The translations under genes were made by a program, and so were the position numbers. Below the pieces are notes generated by a model. It saw only the letters and a list, made by a program, of their open reading frames with translations. It searched no databases and was not told the origin of the DNA. DNA of 64,000 bases from Podarcis cretensis (taxonomy: Eukaryota): the NCBI GenBank assembly GCA_951804945.1, contig OX638151.1, forward strand, positions 53,382,001 to 53,446,000. The letters are read 5' to 3'. Positions 1-12,344 of this stretch are shown here, one piece after another; position 1 is the stretch's first letter, and each line of letters begins with the position of its first letter.

Positions 1-103
1 CAGTACCACATCAGCAATGTAGAATTAACTATACATTCTTCCCTCACCCATGAAATGAGAAACTTGTTATGTCAATCATTTTTTATCTCATTATATTTAT
101 ATA

Positions 104-280
104 CAGTGGTACCTCGGTTGACAAACATTGTGGTTGTTGAACGCCGTAAACCCGGAAGTAGATGCTTCGGTTGTTGAACTCGCCTCGGAAGTCGAACATG
201 CCACATGGCTTCTGTACTGAGTTTTCGGAACTTGGACGGTCTTCCAGAACGGATTACATTCAAAAACTGAGCTACCACTG
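104..280. mobile_element. Tc1/mariner-type MITE (CAGTGGTACCTC TIR)
   Basis: TIRs cagtggtacctcggtt / aactgagctaccactg, TA on both sides. Confidence 0.85.
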
Positions 281-936
281 TATCTACAAGTCACACTTTT
301 TCTTAGATCAAGGATATATTTTTCGGGAGAGCTCAAATGTATGTTTTATTTTGACCAAACACAATAAGATGTTACACTAGCATGGTAATTCTATTATCTG
401 ACCCTTTGCAAAGGCAGAATTTGTCTTTACAGGGTGTGGGATGCAAGAAACCCTTACACTGTTTTCAGAACTTCTCCATCAATGGAAGCTTCATATACCT
501 AATGCACCCCACATATTCAACAGGGGTTTTTTTTACAGTGCAGATCAGTGAGAAGTATTTTCCCTTTCCTCTCTCCCTTGGATTTGAATGTTTTCCCCGG
601 AGTCTAGTTGAGGAAATACAGGTAAGTAGGTGGAGACATAGATGCCGTGATCACTGTCAATTTCAGTTATTTGTGTTTAAAACAAGATAGTGATTTCTGG
701 CCATGTCACTGAAGCAGTTCAGCCAAGAGATTAAAAGCAAACAGTGCTCAAATTCTAATGTATTTTTTCCTGTACAGAGCAAAAGTCTGCCAAACACATT
801 TAAGTGAAATTTTTCTAGCATTAAATATGGAACTTTTCAGCATTTCATTTGTTCGCATAGAGGATCTTTGAATTGTAGCTGAAGTTCAATCAATTTTAAA
901 TTGATTTAAAAACAATATGATATATTAGCTCTTCTA

Positions 937-952
937 CATGCACATGCACATG

Positions 953-981
<29 letters not shown>
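937..981. repeat. (CA)n microsatellite
   Basis: catgca repeats grading into (CA)n. Confidence 0.95.
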
Positions 982-983
<2 letters not shown>

Positions 984-1719
984 TTAAAGATTTATTGCTG
1001 TGTCTTATGCCCTTTTCTTCCCAATCCTGCATCACCAGGGGGTATAGAGCACAAAGAAAGAGAGAGATGTGGAACACGACCTTTATGACCATATTCCATG
1101 CTCTTACAGAAAAAATTAATGTCTCTTAATAAATCTGGGTATGGAGCTTCAACTGCACATATATCACTTCATATGCTGCTATAAACGCATTACTTTATAG
1201 TAAGCATGAGATCTTGTGGCCTGAAAATTGAGCCTTTATAGTGGGAAATAAATGTGCTGGGTCAGATAATAGAATTACCATGCCAGTGAAACATCCCAAC
1301 ATGTGTCATCATTACTGGATGCAGTGTAATGGCAATGTAAAGCTTTTATGCAGACCTGGAAGAGGCAAGGAAGCAGTGAATGGGTAAGACGTTCTGAGGG
1401 CTACAGAAAACCTACCTATTCCAAGGCCTTCTAGATGTTGAGCCAGAATGGCTAGTATTGCTGTATGCAACTGTGATACCGTAGAAAGCTGTATAGTGTA
1501 GGATGCTGCACAGCAGACTTCCCTAACCCAGGACTCAGCTAGACTGGTAAAGAAAAAGTGCTTTATATGTGTTTTATATGTGATACCAGACAGCGCTGTG
1601 GAGTTCCGATTTCTCATTATAAAGGTTACAACGCATTTTTCTGAAGCACTTCTTTGATGTGTCTAGATCTAGCCCCGGTATTCTACAGATGTTTTGAACT
1701 TGTATATCTCTGCCTGGAC

Positions 1720-1780
1720 CTAATGCATATTGAACCTTCTGCATGCAAAGCAAATGTTCTACCAATGCAATACGGCCTCA
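1720..1780 (-). mobile_element. tRNA-derived SINE head fragment (Squam3-like)
   Basis: Reverse complement reads gtagaacatttgctttgcatgcagaaggttcaa, matching the head at 4441. Confidence 0.6.
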
Positions 1781-1899
1781 GTTTGCTAGAACCCACTGCT
1801 GTACTCCCTAACTTTTGCATACGTTGACTACAGACTCTGCAACTGGCAAGCCAAGACAGGTGCCCTGTGTGCTGTCACTATGCAAGAATAAACAGACGA

Positions 1900-2450
1900 T
1901 TAGAAGAGCCCTGCTGGATCAATGCAGATGCCCATCAACTCCATCATCCTCTTTCCAACACTGGCCATCCTGATTTACTTGCAGTCTTGGACCAAGATTG
2001 GTATAGAGCCCATAATTAAAGCAGGAAGGCAGCCTCCTTCCTTGCTGTTTGCCTCCCAGCAACTGGTATTCAGAGGCCTGTGGACTCTGAACCAATCAGC
2101 TGTCATCACTAATAGCCCCTGATACACCTCTCCTCCATCAATTTCTCTAATTTCTCTAATCCCCTTTCAAGATCAGCTTTGCTAGTGGAGCGGCCATTAT
2201 TGTCTTGTGGCAGCAAATTCAGAAAGTTAATTATGTGGACCTGTGAATACGTATTTTTCTTCAAATCCAGTGCTACTCAATTTCATTGGGTCACCCTAAG
2301 GTCTAATATTATAAGAGAGGGAGAAGATTATCTATTTTTCTCCACACCACACCATGCATAAACTTTTAAACATCTATCACGTCCCTTCTTACTCATCTTT
2401 CTTTCTAAAAAGTATTTTCTTTAAATGCTTTAACCTTTCATTGAAGAGAG
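1900..2450 (-). mobile_element. old CR1 LINE 3' fragment
   Basis: agaagagccctgctggatc...cagcaactggtattcagagg...ctcctccat...ggcagcaaattc; related to 26520-26790 and 23880-24100. Confidence 0.65.
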
Positions 2451-2944
2451 AGAGAAGAAGCCTTCATCTGCCCCAACTGCAACAAAACATGTCTCTCCCC
2501 TATCAGTCTCTACAGCCACAGCAGGTGCTACAACCTTGCAACATTTTGACTTTATCCCTAACGGTGCACTCCTCCATTGTCTCCCAAGACAGACGGATGC
2601 CCACAACAATCCTTGCAGAGAAGATGTCCCAACCTCTTAATCATCTTGGTTACCCTTTCCAGCATTTCCCCCAGTACTATGCACTGTATACCAGCACAGA
2701 CTAAGACCCTCCAACAAGGTAAACACACACACAAAACAACCCTGTTGTTGCTTAATCTTGATGCCCAAACAATTATTTGAATCTTGGATCTTGAATATTG
2801 ACCCACTATGGTTTTGTGATTTGAATCTTTCTTACACAACTTCTAAAGTGAGAAACAAGATTTTCTTCCTTAGCTGCTGGTTAGTTAGAATTTTTTCTAA
2901 ATGCTAACCCATGCGACATGGATAGGGGTTGTCCCCATCTTTAG

Positions 2945-2965
2945 CCTGTAGATGGCGCTCACGTG
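2945..2965 (+). promoter_or_regulatory. candidate CTCF motif with adjacent E-box
   Basis: cctgtagatggcgct resembles the CTCF core; immediately followed by cacgtg; motif match only. Confidence 0.3.
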
Positions 2966-3983
2966 CATAAAACCATCACTCAACTGACATTTGGAAGAAT
3001 TTACTAGTGACAGCAAGCCAAATTGCATTCTGTGCCCTCAGATGACCACTGTCTTAGACAAGCTGCCAATAAAATGGAATCTGGACCCAAAAAGGAAGTG
3101 AGGAAAGTAGTTGTGCAAATTGGCCCTCTGTGACTATTAAATTGGTGGGTAAAAAGGTTGCTGAGGCAATATTTATTTAAAGATAGCAAAAGAAACAGGC
3201 AGAAGCATTTACCAGATTGCCCAAATACCTTCCTGTGCAGACGGAAAGTGGCAGAGGATCCAGCTGTCCTGGCTTTAATGCAATCTGAAGCTTCTCAAAG
3301 AACTTATTTGCTGCGTCTAATGGTTTTTCTTGCTCGCTGCTAGGTTACGTGTGGGATTCGTTTTAAGATCCTGTTGATTTTTAAAGCATTGCTCAATTTG
3401 GACTCCCCAATACAACTAATTGAGGTTTTGGTTCCCTGATGCCCAGGTCATGCTCTGCACTCTGCAGATACTGGACTGTGGCTTTTACTGTAATTCCAGA
3501 CTGCTGGCGTCTTTTTGCAGCATGTCCTTCCACCGTCACATGTCTCTAGGAAATACAATCATCACACATTAAATGCTGCAAATTCAACATTTTGTGCTAA
3601 TTTAGGAACAGCACACACAGTACAGCTGGTGGATGACTACTTCAATTGTGTCACATGATGGTGATCATTTCTGCATTGTAACGAAAGAATGTCGGCATCT
3701 GGTTTTTCTAACAACAACCAAAAGTATATGAATCCAAAAATATTTTAATATAGAATTTATAATAAAGCATGAAAACCTCACTGCGTCATTACTTTGTGTT
3801 TATGGTCAGAAGTAAGATGGCATCCGATTGACCTTGATCCACTTCCATTCTTGAAAATATTCATGGTTCATTGTGCTTGTTCAAAGGTGGGGTGGTGGGT
3901 GAAGTAAAGAAAACTATGCTCCGGGATGATGGCAGCATTGGCAGGACGAGAAAAATAAGGAATTCCTGCAGAGGGGAAAGCAA

Positions 3984-4404
3984 TGTTGTTGTTGTTGTTT
4001 AGTCGTTTAGTCGTGTCTGACTCTTCGTGACCCCATGGACCAGAGCACGCCAGGCACTCCTGTCTTCCACTGCCTCCCGCAGTTTGGTCAAACTCATGCT
4101 GGTAGCTTCGAGAACACTGTCCAACCATCTCGTCCTCTTCTCCTTGTGCCCTCAATCTTTCCCAACATCAGGGTCTTTTCCAGGGAGTCTTCTCTTCTCA
4201 TGAGGTGGCCAAAGTATTGGAGCCTCAGCTTCACGATCTGTCCTTCCAGTGAGCACTCAGGGCTGATTTCCTTCAGAATGGTGAGGTTTGATCTTCTTGC
4301 AGTCCATGGAACTCTCAAGAGTCTCCTCAAGCACCATAATTCCAAAGCATCAATTCTTCAGTGATCAGCCTTCTTTATGGTCCAGCTCTCACTTCCATAC
4401 ATCA
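3984..4404 (-). mobile_element. Bov-B (RTE) LINE, 5'-truncated 3' end
   Basis: Minus-strand ORF ...LRRLLRVPWTARRSN...LQYFGHLMRREDSLEKTLMLGKIEG (RTE RT C-terminus); (CAA)n tail. Confidence 0.95.
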
Positions 4405-4440
4405 TAATGAAGACTAAGTTGCATGGCATCCCAATGTTAG

Positions 4441-4542
4441 AGGAAGGACCATAGCTCAGTGGCAGAGCATCTGCTTTGCATACAGAAGGTCCCCAGTTCA
4501 AACAATGGCATATCCAAGTAAGGCTCAAAGAGACCCCTGTGT
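4441..4542 (+). mobile_element. Squam3-like tRNA-derived SINE, 5' part (3' part resumes at ~5096-5175)
   Basis: Box A tagctcagtggcag, degenerate box B agttcaaac; tail tgaaacc...ctgccaatc...tatggtcct found ~555 bp downstream. Confidence 0.7.
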
Positions 4543-5715
4543 CGCATGCCAACCCTACCTCTGAGCGGTGTGAGATTCCAGGGGTTCCAGGTGCTTATTC
4601 AGGGTTCAGTTTCCTTTGAATAAGGGACAGTGGAGACTGTGGTGTATTTAGGAAATATGGTTTGTTTGCACATATATACAACCTGAGCCTACGATGCAAG
4701 GGGTTCACAGAATGAGCACTCCAACAGGGTCTTGCTTCTCCCATAGCCACAGCCTTGGATTCCAGCAAAAATTAGGCATGCTTCTGTCTCCCAGCTGCCC
4801 AGCCAACAGCCTTGCTTCTATCTTCTAACGCACACACATCTCAGCTCTTGGCACTGGCCTTTTTAAACTACCAGCAAATTGAGGGAGTGGGACCAACCCA
4901 ATTGCTGTCTGGCACAGAGCCACTTTTTTGTTGCCTTAATTGCCCATACTTAGAGAGCCATAACCTGACCCAGAAGCTAACCTGGCTATTCCAGGTATTG
5001 TATGTGTGCTGGGTTCAGGAATTAGAAGGGAGCTCGGGCATAAAGCCTATGCATTTCCATCCCCCCCCCCAAAAAAAAACCTCATAACAGTTGTATGAAA
5101 CCTTCAAGTATCACTGCCAATCATTATAAATAATACAGAGCTAAGTCTGATAAAGCAGTCTTCTATGGTCCTAATGTCCAGCCCAGCCCTATAGATGTGC
5201 CCAAAGCTTCTAGTTTCCGCACCTGAATTGATATCCTCTGCAGCCCCTGGTCTTGGTAGATGGTTATCCTCTTCCTTATTGATTTATGACCTTCAGTTTC
5301 CCATCTTTCCTCTCGCCTTTCACACTACAATACCCAAGACAGCTTTTGAGGTGAACTTAGTTTTCATGGCAACGGCTCTGCCTTCTTTTTACTCATTGAG
5401 TTTGGCTGCTCCTGAAGTCTGGTGCCAGAACTGGGAAAGGATTTGCTGACTACTGAAAGGCATTGAGTCATCCCTCTGCAGGACTTCCACAACAAGCTGA
5501 AAAGAAACACCGTTTTCGGCCACTCCTGGTGGCAAGGCATTTCTAAACCCAGGCTTTGTTTCCGATCAAAACCAAGACTCTGAACATTTTCTTGCCCTGA
5601 CACAAAGACATTTCCAACGAGCAAGAAAGAATGCCAAGTAATACTTACTGCACGTAGGCCTCACTCCAGCAATAAGAGTATCAAGCCAGATGCAGTCTGC
5701 AGGAAGTCCTCCATC

Positions 5716-6350
5716 TGTAAGTGTAAAATGCCAAGTTTAAAGAGCCAGGCATTTTACTAGTTTTCTTCCCTAAATGAACTTGGCCCAGATTGGTGAATTG
5801 TAGACTTGAGTTGGAAAAGTGCTGGAGAGAGATTGTCAAATGAACCAGAATACAGAACAGCAGAAGCTACTTGGAAAGACAATTACAGGCCAGTGGAAGA
5901 ACTGGGGGAAGACACCATATGGTGAAGAACCCTGCCAGTTCTGTTTCAATGAACAAAGACTGAAGACAACCGAGTTATTTTATTGATGCCTGGCCCTATC
6001 CAGTTTTCCCTTGAATCCAGACATTAAGCCGGCAACTTCCTCTGAAGGATATCCACAAATGGCCCCTAATCTCATCCCAGGGGCAGTTAGAGTGGAATAA
6101 CAATAGACGCTGACATCTGTCCAGTGGCACTCGACAACCCACATATCTGCTTCCGGAGGTAGAGAGTCAGCCTTGCCAAAGTTAAAAATAAGAGTCATTT
6201 CCAGGAGGAAGTGCAGAGAGCAATAATAAATACATCGGCTCCATGCCAGAGCCAGGCAGACATACACTTATGAGCTCAAGTCTAGAAAGAGAATCTGTAT
6301 GCCTCCCACCTATACAGTCCTAAGCCCGATGAGTCAGAGAACGCGTGACA
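5716..6350 (+). mobile_element. possible solo LTR
   Basis: Ends cgcgtgaca with aataaa ~125 bp upstream; 5' boundary and TSD not found. Confidence 0.3.
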
Positions 6351-8064
6351 GAAAGCAGCCCCTCCCACATGCGCATCTCCATTTCCCTATAAATCACCAC
6401 CTTCTCCCCTTTGAGGAGAGACAAGAGTGCCACTCCGATTGAAACAAAAACTAACAAGTGCTTGCCTTATTTGAATGATCCCTGCCTAAATTACCTTCAG
6501 CATTAGCCATAACAGATGAAGAGACAAGAACAGATTGTTCAAATTAATTTGATTCTTCCGTTTCCAATTTCAGTGCTGCAGAGACACACTCAGAGGGCCA
6601 GGGAATGTTGTTTCCCGAACTTCAGTTGAAATGGTGATGTACATCCATAATTTGGAATTAAAATCCTATCCACTCACGGAATTCATTGCACGGATTTGAG
6701 CTAGTCAGTAAGCAGCTTCACTAGGAGGGAAAGGCGCTAAACCAGGGCTTCCAGTTGCCAGTCTGTATGCATCCCTGCCTCTTCTTTACACCTTACCTCC
6801 TGGATCTGGTCACTCAGAAAACTGGGGAAATTCTCAGGGAAGAGGTACTCCACTGTTAATACGTAGACTGTACTGGACTTGCATGATGACCGCATGCCAA
6901 ACATACAGGCAACCCCCATGTTAAATGTTCCAAGTCACTGCATACGTTAGTGAAATTGTGTATATTTGAAACACCAATAAAAAAGCCTGCAAACACCCCA
7001 TTCCACCTCCACCCTGCCCTGCCCCATTCTGCCTCTTTTTGTAACATTTTTGTGACATTTTTGGGTCACTTCCAGGTTCAGCGCAATGCACATATACAAA
7101 GCCATGTTCATACTGATTGTGCGTATGGGGGGGTTGCTTGTAAAATGAATCTGAGGGCTGTATTCAACTAGCTTTCCCAATGACCCCTCCCCAAATGTGC
7201 TCCGGAGGTTTGAGGGCGAACCCCTAGAACAGATTTAGGCAGGGCATGAGCAGATTAGGCTCTGTGGATCAAGACGCTGAATTTTATACCTGAATACAAT
7301 TATGCATTTATTATTATTTATTAAATTTCTGTACTACCCTTCATCCAAGGATCACAGGGCAAGTTTACAATAAAAATGAGATGCGCCCCCCGCCCACAGT
7401 CTTAATACTGTCAGCTGGCCTATGAGCCAATTGTGACATGCCAGGCCTTTTTGCCCCAAAGTCAGATGACTCACTGCCTCGTCTTCTTGATCTGCTTGAT
7501 CCAAAACCTGATCACCAGCCCGTTTTCAATGATGCTGAGGCATCTAATCATAGCCTGCATTTTTATTGAGGCTTGATCAGGGCCTGTATTTTAAAATGAG
7601 CTTAAAGATCTTCAAATGTTCATGCCAGGCAGAAGAGCAGCTGCCTAAGAACCTTGGCAATGATTTATAGCAGAAAACAATTCTCAAAGTCAAAGGGAAT
7701 TACAGGCTGACAGCCAAGGTTACACTGACCCTACATATTACAGAAGATAAAAAAAAGAGATAAACATAATTAAGAGTGGGTAAATAGTAAAATAAAACCA
7801 TGTGCCTCCCATTAAACTTGAGCCATATTTTCCTAAGGTTCAAAGGTCAAGAGCAATGGAAAAGCATCTAGCTGGCAGAAAGGAAGAGAGTATTTTGGGA
7901 AGTCTTTTTCTAAAGTTGTTTCTTTCTTAAACTGAGATCCTTTTAAGATTTCTTTTCCTTTTAAAAGGTTATTTATGTTATGTATTAAATATATTGGCTT
8001 GAATGTAATTATGCAAAGGAATTCGAAGCTAAGAAATGTTAAATCCTTATGCTAGATTCTTATT

Positions 8065-8190
8065 TCATATAGTTGGAAGAGATCACAGGGGCCATCAGCC
8101 ACCAGCCCCCCTGCCAAGCAGGAAACATTATTAGAGCACACATATGGTTGTCAGGCCTTTGTTTAAAAGACCTTCAAGAGAAGGAGATCT
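8065..8190 (-). mobile_element. diverged CR1 3' end
   Basis: Similar to 51175-51310 (agttggaagag..cacag..gccatc...ccctgccaagcaggaaac). Confidence 0.7.
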
Positions 8191-10262
8191 TTCAATGATG
8201 ATGTGAATTCAAGATCCTTGACATCTGTTTAAGATAAAAATTTAAGATTAACCATCTGTTTTGGAGGGCAATAGGGCGAGGTGAGCTGGTAATTAAGGTT
8301 CCTTGTTGAGACACATGTAAGATATATTACTACTTATTTGTCATTTATAGATAGAAGAATATATAGCTTTTTGTCTCCCATAAAAGGACAAGAGGAAATG
8401 GGTGTATCTTTTGTGATTGGTTCTAGCAAACAGCCAATAGGAATTTCAACCAGGCTGATTGGACAGAGGCAGCCACAGGAGGAGCAAGGGGGCTGGATTA
8501 AGGAAATATAAGTGCTGGCCAGAATGGCAGGAGGCCAGGCCAGAGCTTGGTAACCATATACCACTGTGCCTCATATTTATTTGTCTGACAAATAAATTAT
8601 TATTTTAATTTCTCTATTGCTGCGTTGAATATTTCATTCCAGCTAAGCGTTAACCACAAGCAGGGTGCTACAATGCCATTGGCTTCTGGCCCTTTGATCC
8701 TCAGGCCAGACCTAAGGGCCCAGTTGTGGTCTCTGCATTGTGATTGGAAGGAGAGGAAACAGTCCACTCTTCAGAGATTGGTCTCGGAAGGACATAGTAA
8801 ACATTTTCCCTGCTCACCAAAGCATTGTGCTGGGTGACTAGGAACCTTTTATCTCAGGCCAGCACTGCAATGGGGAGGAAAATACACCCCCTGCTTCTCT
8901 GATAATGTGTGCTGTGTGTGTCTTATTTCTGGTTCTGTGTGTATAGAGTGTGTGGTGAGTGTGCACATGTGGTTTACAGGGGTATGTAATCCTTATGTGT
9001 TGTGACAGCCATGTGACAACTGTCGCCCCGATCGCCGCTGGCATGTGGCCCCAGAAGAACTGGCCAACCTTGAATGCATCCCTCAGGCTGTAAAAAAATG
9101 TTACCCCACCCTTGATTTGCATGCCTGTGAAATTGCCTCATCCACCAAAGAACATCTGCATATGCACTCAAGCACTTGTGGGGCTTTGGATTGGGGTACA
9201 AGCATAGACATGATGCAGCAACATCAGTCAAACTCCGTTATTCCAGTGCTACTTTATCTGTGTCTGGTATACAGGAACTCATTAATATCATTGTCTCTGT
9301 GCAGACAGCCTTGGATAAACTTGCATGCCGTTTTTCATACCCACCCATTCAGAACACCTCCCCACACAGCTAACCTTACATCGGGGGCGGGGGAAGCCAA
9401 GCTCCACACTGGTGCCAGAAGTTTTCAATTGAGGCTATTTTCATCCAGAAATCCCCTTTGTGGTTGTGTCAGTTCTAATTTAATATCAGCAAGCTCATAC
9501 ATCTCTCGGCTTCCAAGTTGTATTAAAAAAACAGGAAATAAACGCACACTGATTTAGATGAGCTCTGACAGAAAATCAATCCTCAGGACTACGCTCTGAC
9601 CACACCTCCGCACGGTTTGCAAGGGGGAGGTCAGTACTAAAATTAAAAGTGTTGTTAACTTCCAAACTGTGCTTTTTGTTGTTTTATGTTTGGAATAACT
9701 GACCAAATGGGACATGTTCACTTTTAATGCTGTTTTATTTATTTTTCCTACAATATTTCTTTAGTGCTTCTTCCTTTTATATGACATATTAATACATAAT
9801 TCAGTGGTTTTTATGTCTCCCTGCACAGTCTGCATGATTTCTTGTGCTAGTGAACTCTACTATTTATGATCAAATGGCCCAAATGTCTTTTTTTATTATC
9901 AATCCTTTTTTTTTTGGTGGTGGAGATTGCTTAGTTTAGGTTTCCAGCCATTTTTCTAAACCCGCCGAGAATGCTTAACTCTTGAGATTCCAGCATGGCT
10001 TTCCCGGAAACAACCACCTCCTGCTCCTGGTATCAGAAGAAAACTCACCAGATGAACCAGAAGCTGAGCAAACGGCTTGTGGTTGAGATTATGGATTTGT
10101 TTGGTGCTATTTAATAACCTCAGTGCTGCAAGGTGCTGTGGAAGTGATGTGGTCTGCTCCCTCTATAGGGACTGTTAACCATTCTAGTGTTTAACTCAGA
10201 TAATGCATGTTAATTGTTCTGAAACTTAAAAGAGCTAAAATAGCTAAACTATTATTATAACA

Positions 10263-10424
10263 AATTTTAAAAAATTGTCCAGTAGCACCTTAGAGGTATC
10301 TGAAGAAGTGTGCATGTACACAAAAGCTTATAGCCAGAACAAACTTAATTGTTCTCTAAGGTGCTACTGGGGGAAAAATTATTTTTTTCAGCTGCGTCAG
10401 ACCAACACGATTACCTACCTGAAT
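10263..10424 (+). mobile_element. Penelope-like element pLTR remnant with inverted 5' segment
   Basis: ccagtagcaccttagag inverted against ctctaaggtgctactgg; ctgaagaagtgtgcat..cac motif; 14-bp direct repeat ctattattataaca at 10249-10262 and 10425-10438. Confidence 0.8.
10295..10335 (+). ncRNA. degenerate minimal type-I hammerhead ribozyme (Penelope-associated)
   Basis: GGUAU-CUGAAGA-A-GUGUGC AU GUACAC-(A)AAA-GCU-U-AUAG; core G of GAAA mutated to A. Confidence 0.6.
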
Positions 10425-10676
10425 CTATTATTATAACACACTCTGATATTATAGCATACTCTTGGGCTCCTCTTGAGTCTGGCCCAGAAGCTTCAGCCAA
10501 TGCAGATTGCTGTTGCTAGACTGGTGATAGAAACAGACTACAGACAACACCTGACACTGGGGTTAAAAGAGCTGCATTGGCTTCTCATCTGCTACCAGGT
10601 TCAAAGTTCTTATACTAGTGTATAAAGCTGTGAATAATACCTTAAAGACCACCTTACGTACTATAAGGACTCTATT

Positions 10677-11049
10677 GTAGTGGGGTAGGAGAGCTGAAAA
10701 AATATTCATCTGGCAGCCAATGTACCCCTTTGCTTTCAGATAGTACATGGGTAGACAAGTCTAAAAAACCCGGGACACAAATTTTCTCAGCCCTCTAGCG
10801 TTAACTCTGGAAGTGTATGTTGTGCCCTAGGAGGCTTAGTTTGGTCAGAATTGAATATACACTTCTAGAGTTAACACTAAATACATTACTTCTGGTAAAT
10901 GAGTCACTATAGCCACTAGAAAGATGAAAAAATTGATGTCCCAGGATTTTTAGACTCGTCTACCCATGTGCTATCTGAAAGCAAAGGGGCGCATTGGTTG
11001 CCAGATGTGAAATATACTGCCATTATTTTCAGTTCTCCTGCCCCACTAC
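10677..11049. mobile_element. long-inverted-repeat (foldback) MITE
   Basis: Arms gtagtggggtaggagagctgaaaa...catctggcagccaatg..cccctttgctttcagatag..catgggtagac mirrored at 10915-11049; inner arms 10796-10818 vs 10857-10880. Confidence 0.8.
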
Positions 11050-11079
11050 TGCAGGCTACAGCACATAATAATATAACAA

Positions 11080-11175
11080 TATTTTTGTTATGCCCCGTCC
11101 ATATGGCTGGGTTACCCCAGCCACTCTGGGCGGCTTCCAGCACATATAAAAACATAATAAAACATCAAACAATAG
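11080..11175 (-). mobile_element. L2-type 3' tail fragment
   Basis: ccccgtccatatggctgggttaccccagccactctgggcggcttcca; same motif at 38390-38490 and inside the MITEs at 23125 and 31990. Confidence 0.6.
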
Positions 11176-11991
11176 TAATAATCTGATCCAATAAAAAAGT
11201 CACAATTACTTTAATATAAGGAACTTATATCAAATAAAGCAATATTCAATACTCCATTAAAATCTGATAGTAAACAGTAAAATTCAACATCAGCAAATAA
11301 TAATTAAACAGTTTGCACTTATCAGTCACAATAAACAATTACTAATCTATAATCAATAAAAATAACAGCAAATCATAATGATAAAATACCACAAAGCATA
11401 CAAAACCATGTAAAAGGATCAAATTGAGAAACAAGGACACACAACTTGTAAAATTATTTTAAAAAATATATCCCTGAACTCTTCTTTTCCCAGCTGCTTA
11501 TGCTGTTCCCAATGCTGTTTATGGTCAGAGAAAGACTCTCAGGGTTGGAGGCTGGGGCAAGGCAGGTGGGGAAGCCATTGCCTGGTGGCCGGCAGAAATT
11601 GTATCTCCTCTCACAGTTCTTCTTCTGGAGCAGCTCTCCTACAAAGCCTCCCAGGGCTGGATGTTCTCTATATGTTCTGTGCAGAGAGCACAGTGCAGCA
11701 GTTGTTGTTTTTTCTCTTTTTCCACTGACTGAAATGAATGACAGCATTTTACTTACGGAGGACCAAGGGATGTGGTTCAGGGAAAGATAGGTGTGGGTCC
11801 TGGTCCTCACCCCTGCTTCCTTCAGCCACTGAGAATCAGCCTGCCCATTTTCCATAGCCCGTTTTCCATCTCTTCATCTGCATAACTTTGTTCCTTCATC
11901 ACGCTGGAATCACTTAGCTGTGATTCCTGCATTTCAGGGGCTTGGACTAGATGAATTTGGGGTACATTTCATCGCTACAATGCTATGATTC

Positions 11992-12344
11992 AGGAGGTGG
12001 ATAACAATTAAGGATTTATTATGTTTTCTGAATGTATTGGAAAATTTATATAGAAAGGTTTATTGTTTTGTGTACATTCACTTGTACAATAAAACATATG
12101 CAAAGGGACTTGACAGGAAGTCAAAATTGAAGAAAATATTTATTTTCATTATTATCATTATTATTCTTTCTGTGTGTGTGTGTGTTTTGTATGGGATGTT
12201 TGGGAGGAAATAAGACGGTAAATAACAAATAACAAACAAAATATTGATGTATGTAATTTTTATTTCTCAATTATATTTTGTCGTAGTATGGTTGTAATTT
12301 TTTTGTAATATAAAATCATTCAATATAATTTTTTTTTAAAAAAA
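11992..12344 (+). mobile_element. L1-type LINE 3' end inserted in a CR1/SINE tail
   Basis: A-rich tail; 16-bp TSD taca(a/g)tgctatgattc at 11976-11991 and 12345-12360. Confidence 0.6.

Noticed and set aside
9045-9557. 170-aa ORF
   Set aside because: No recognisable domain, random-looking composition, starts in a decayed repeat, no convincing splice context.
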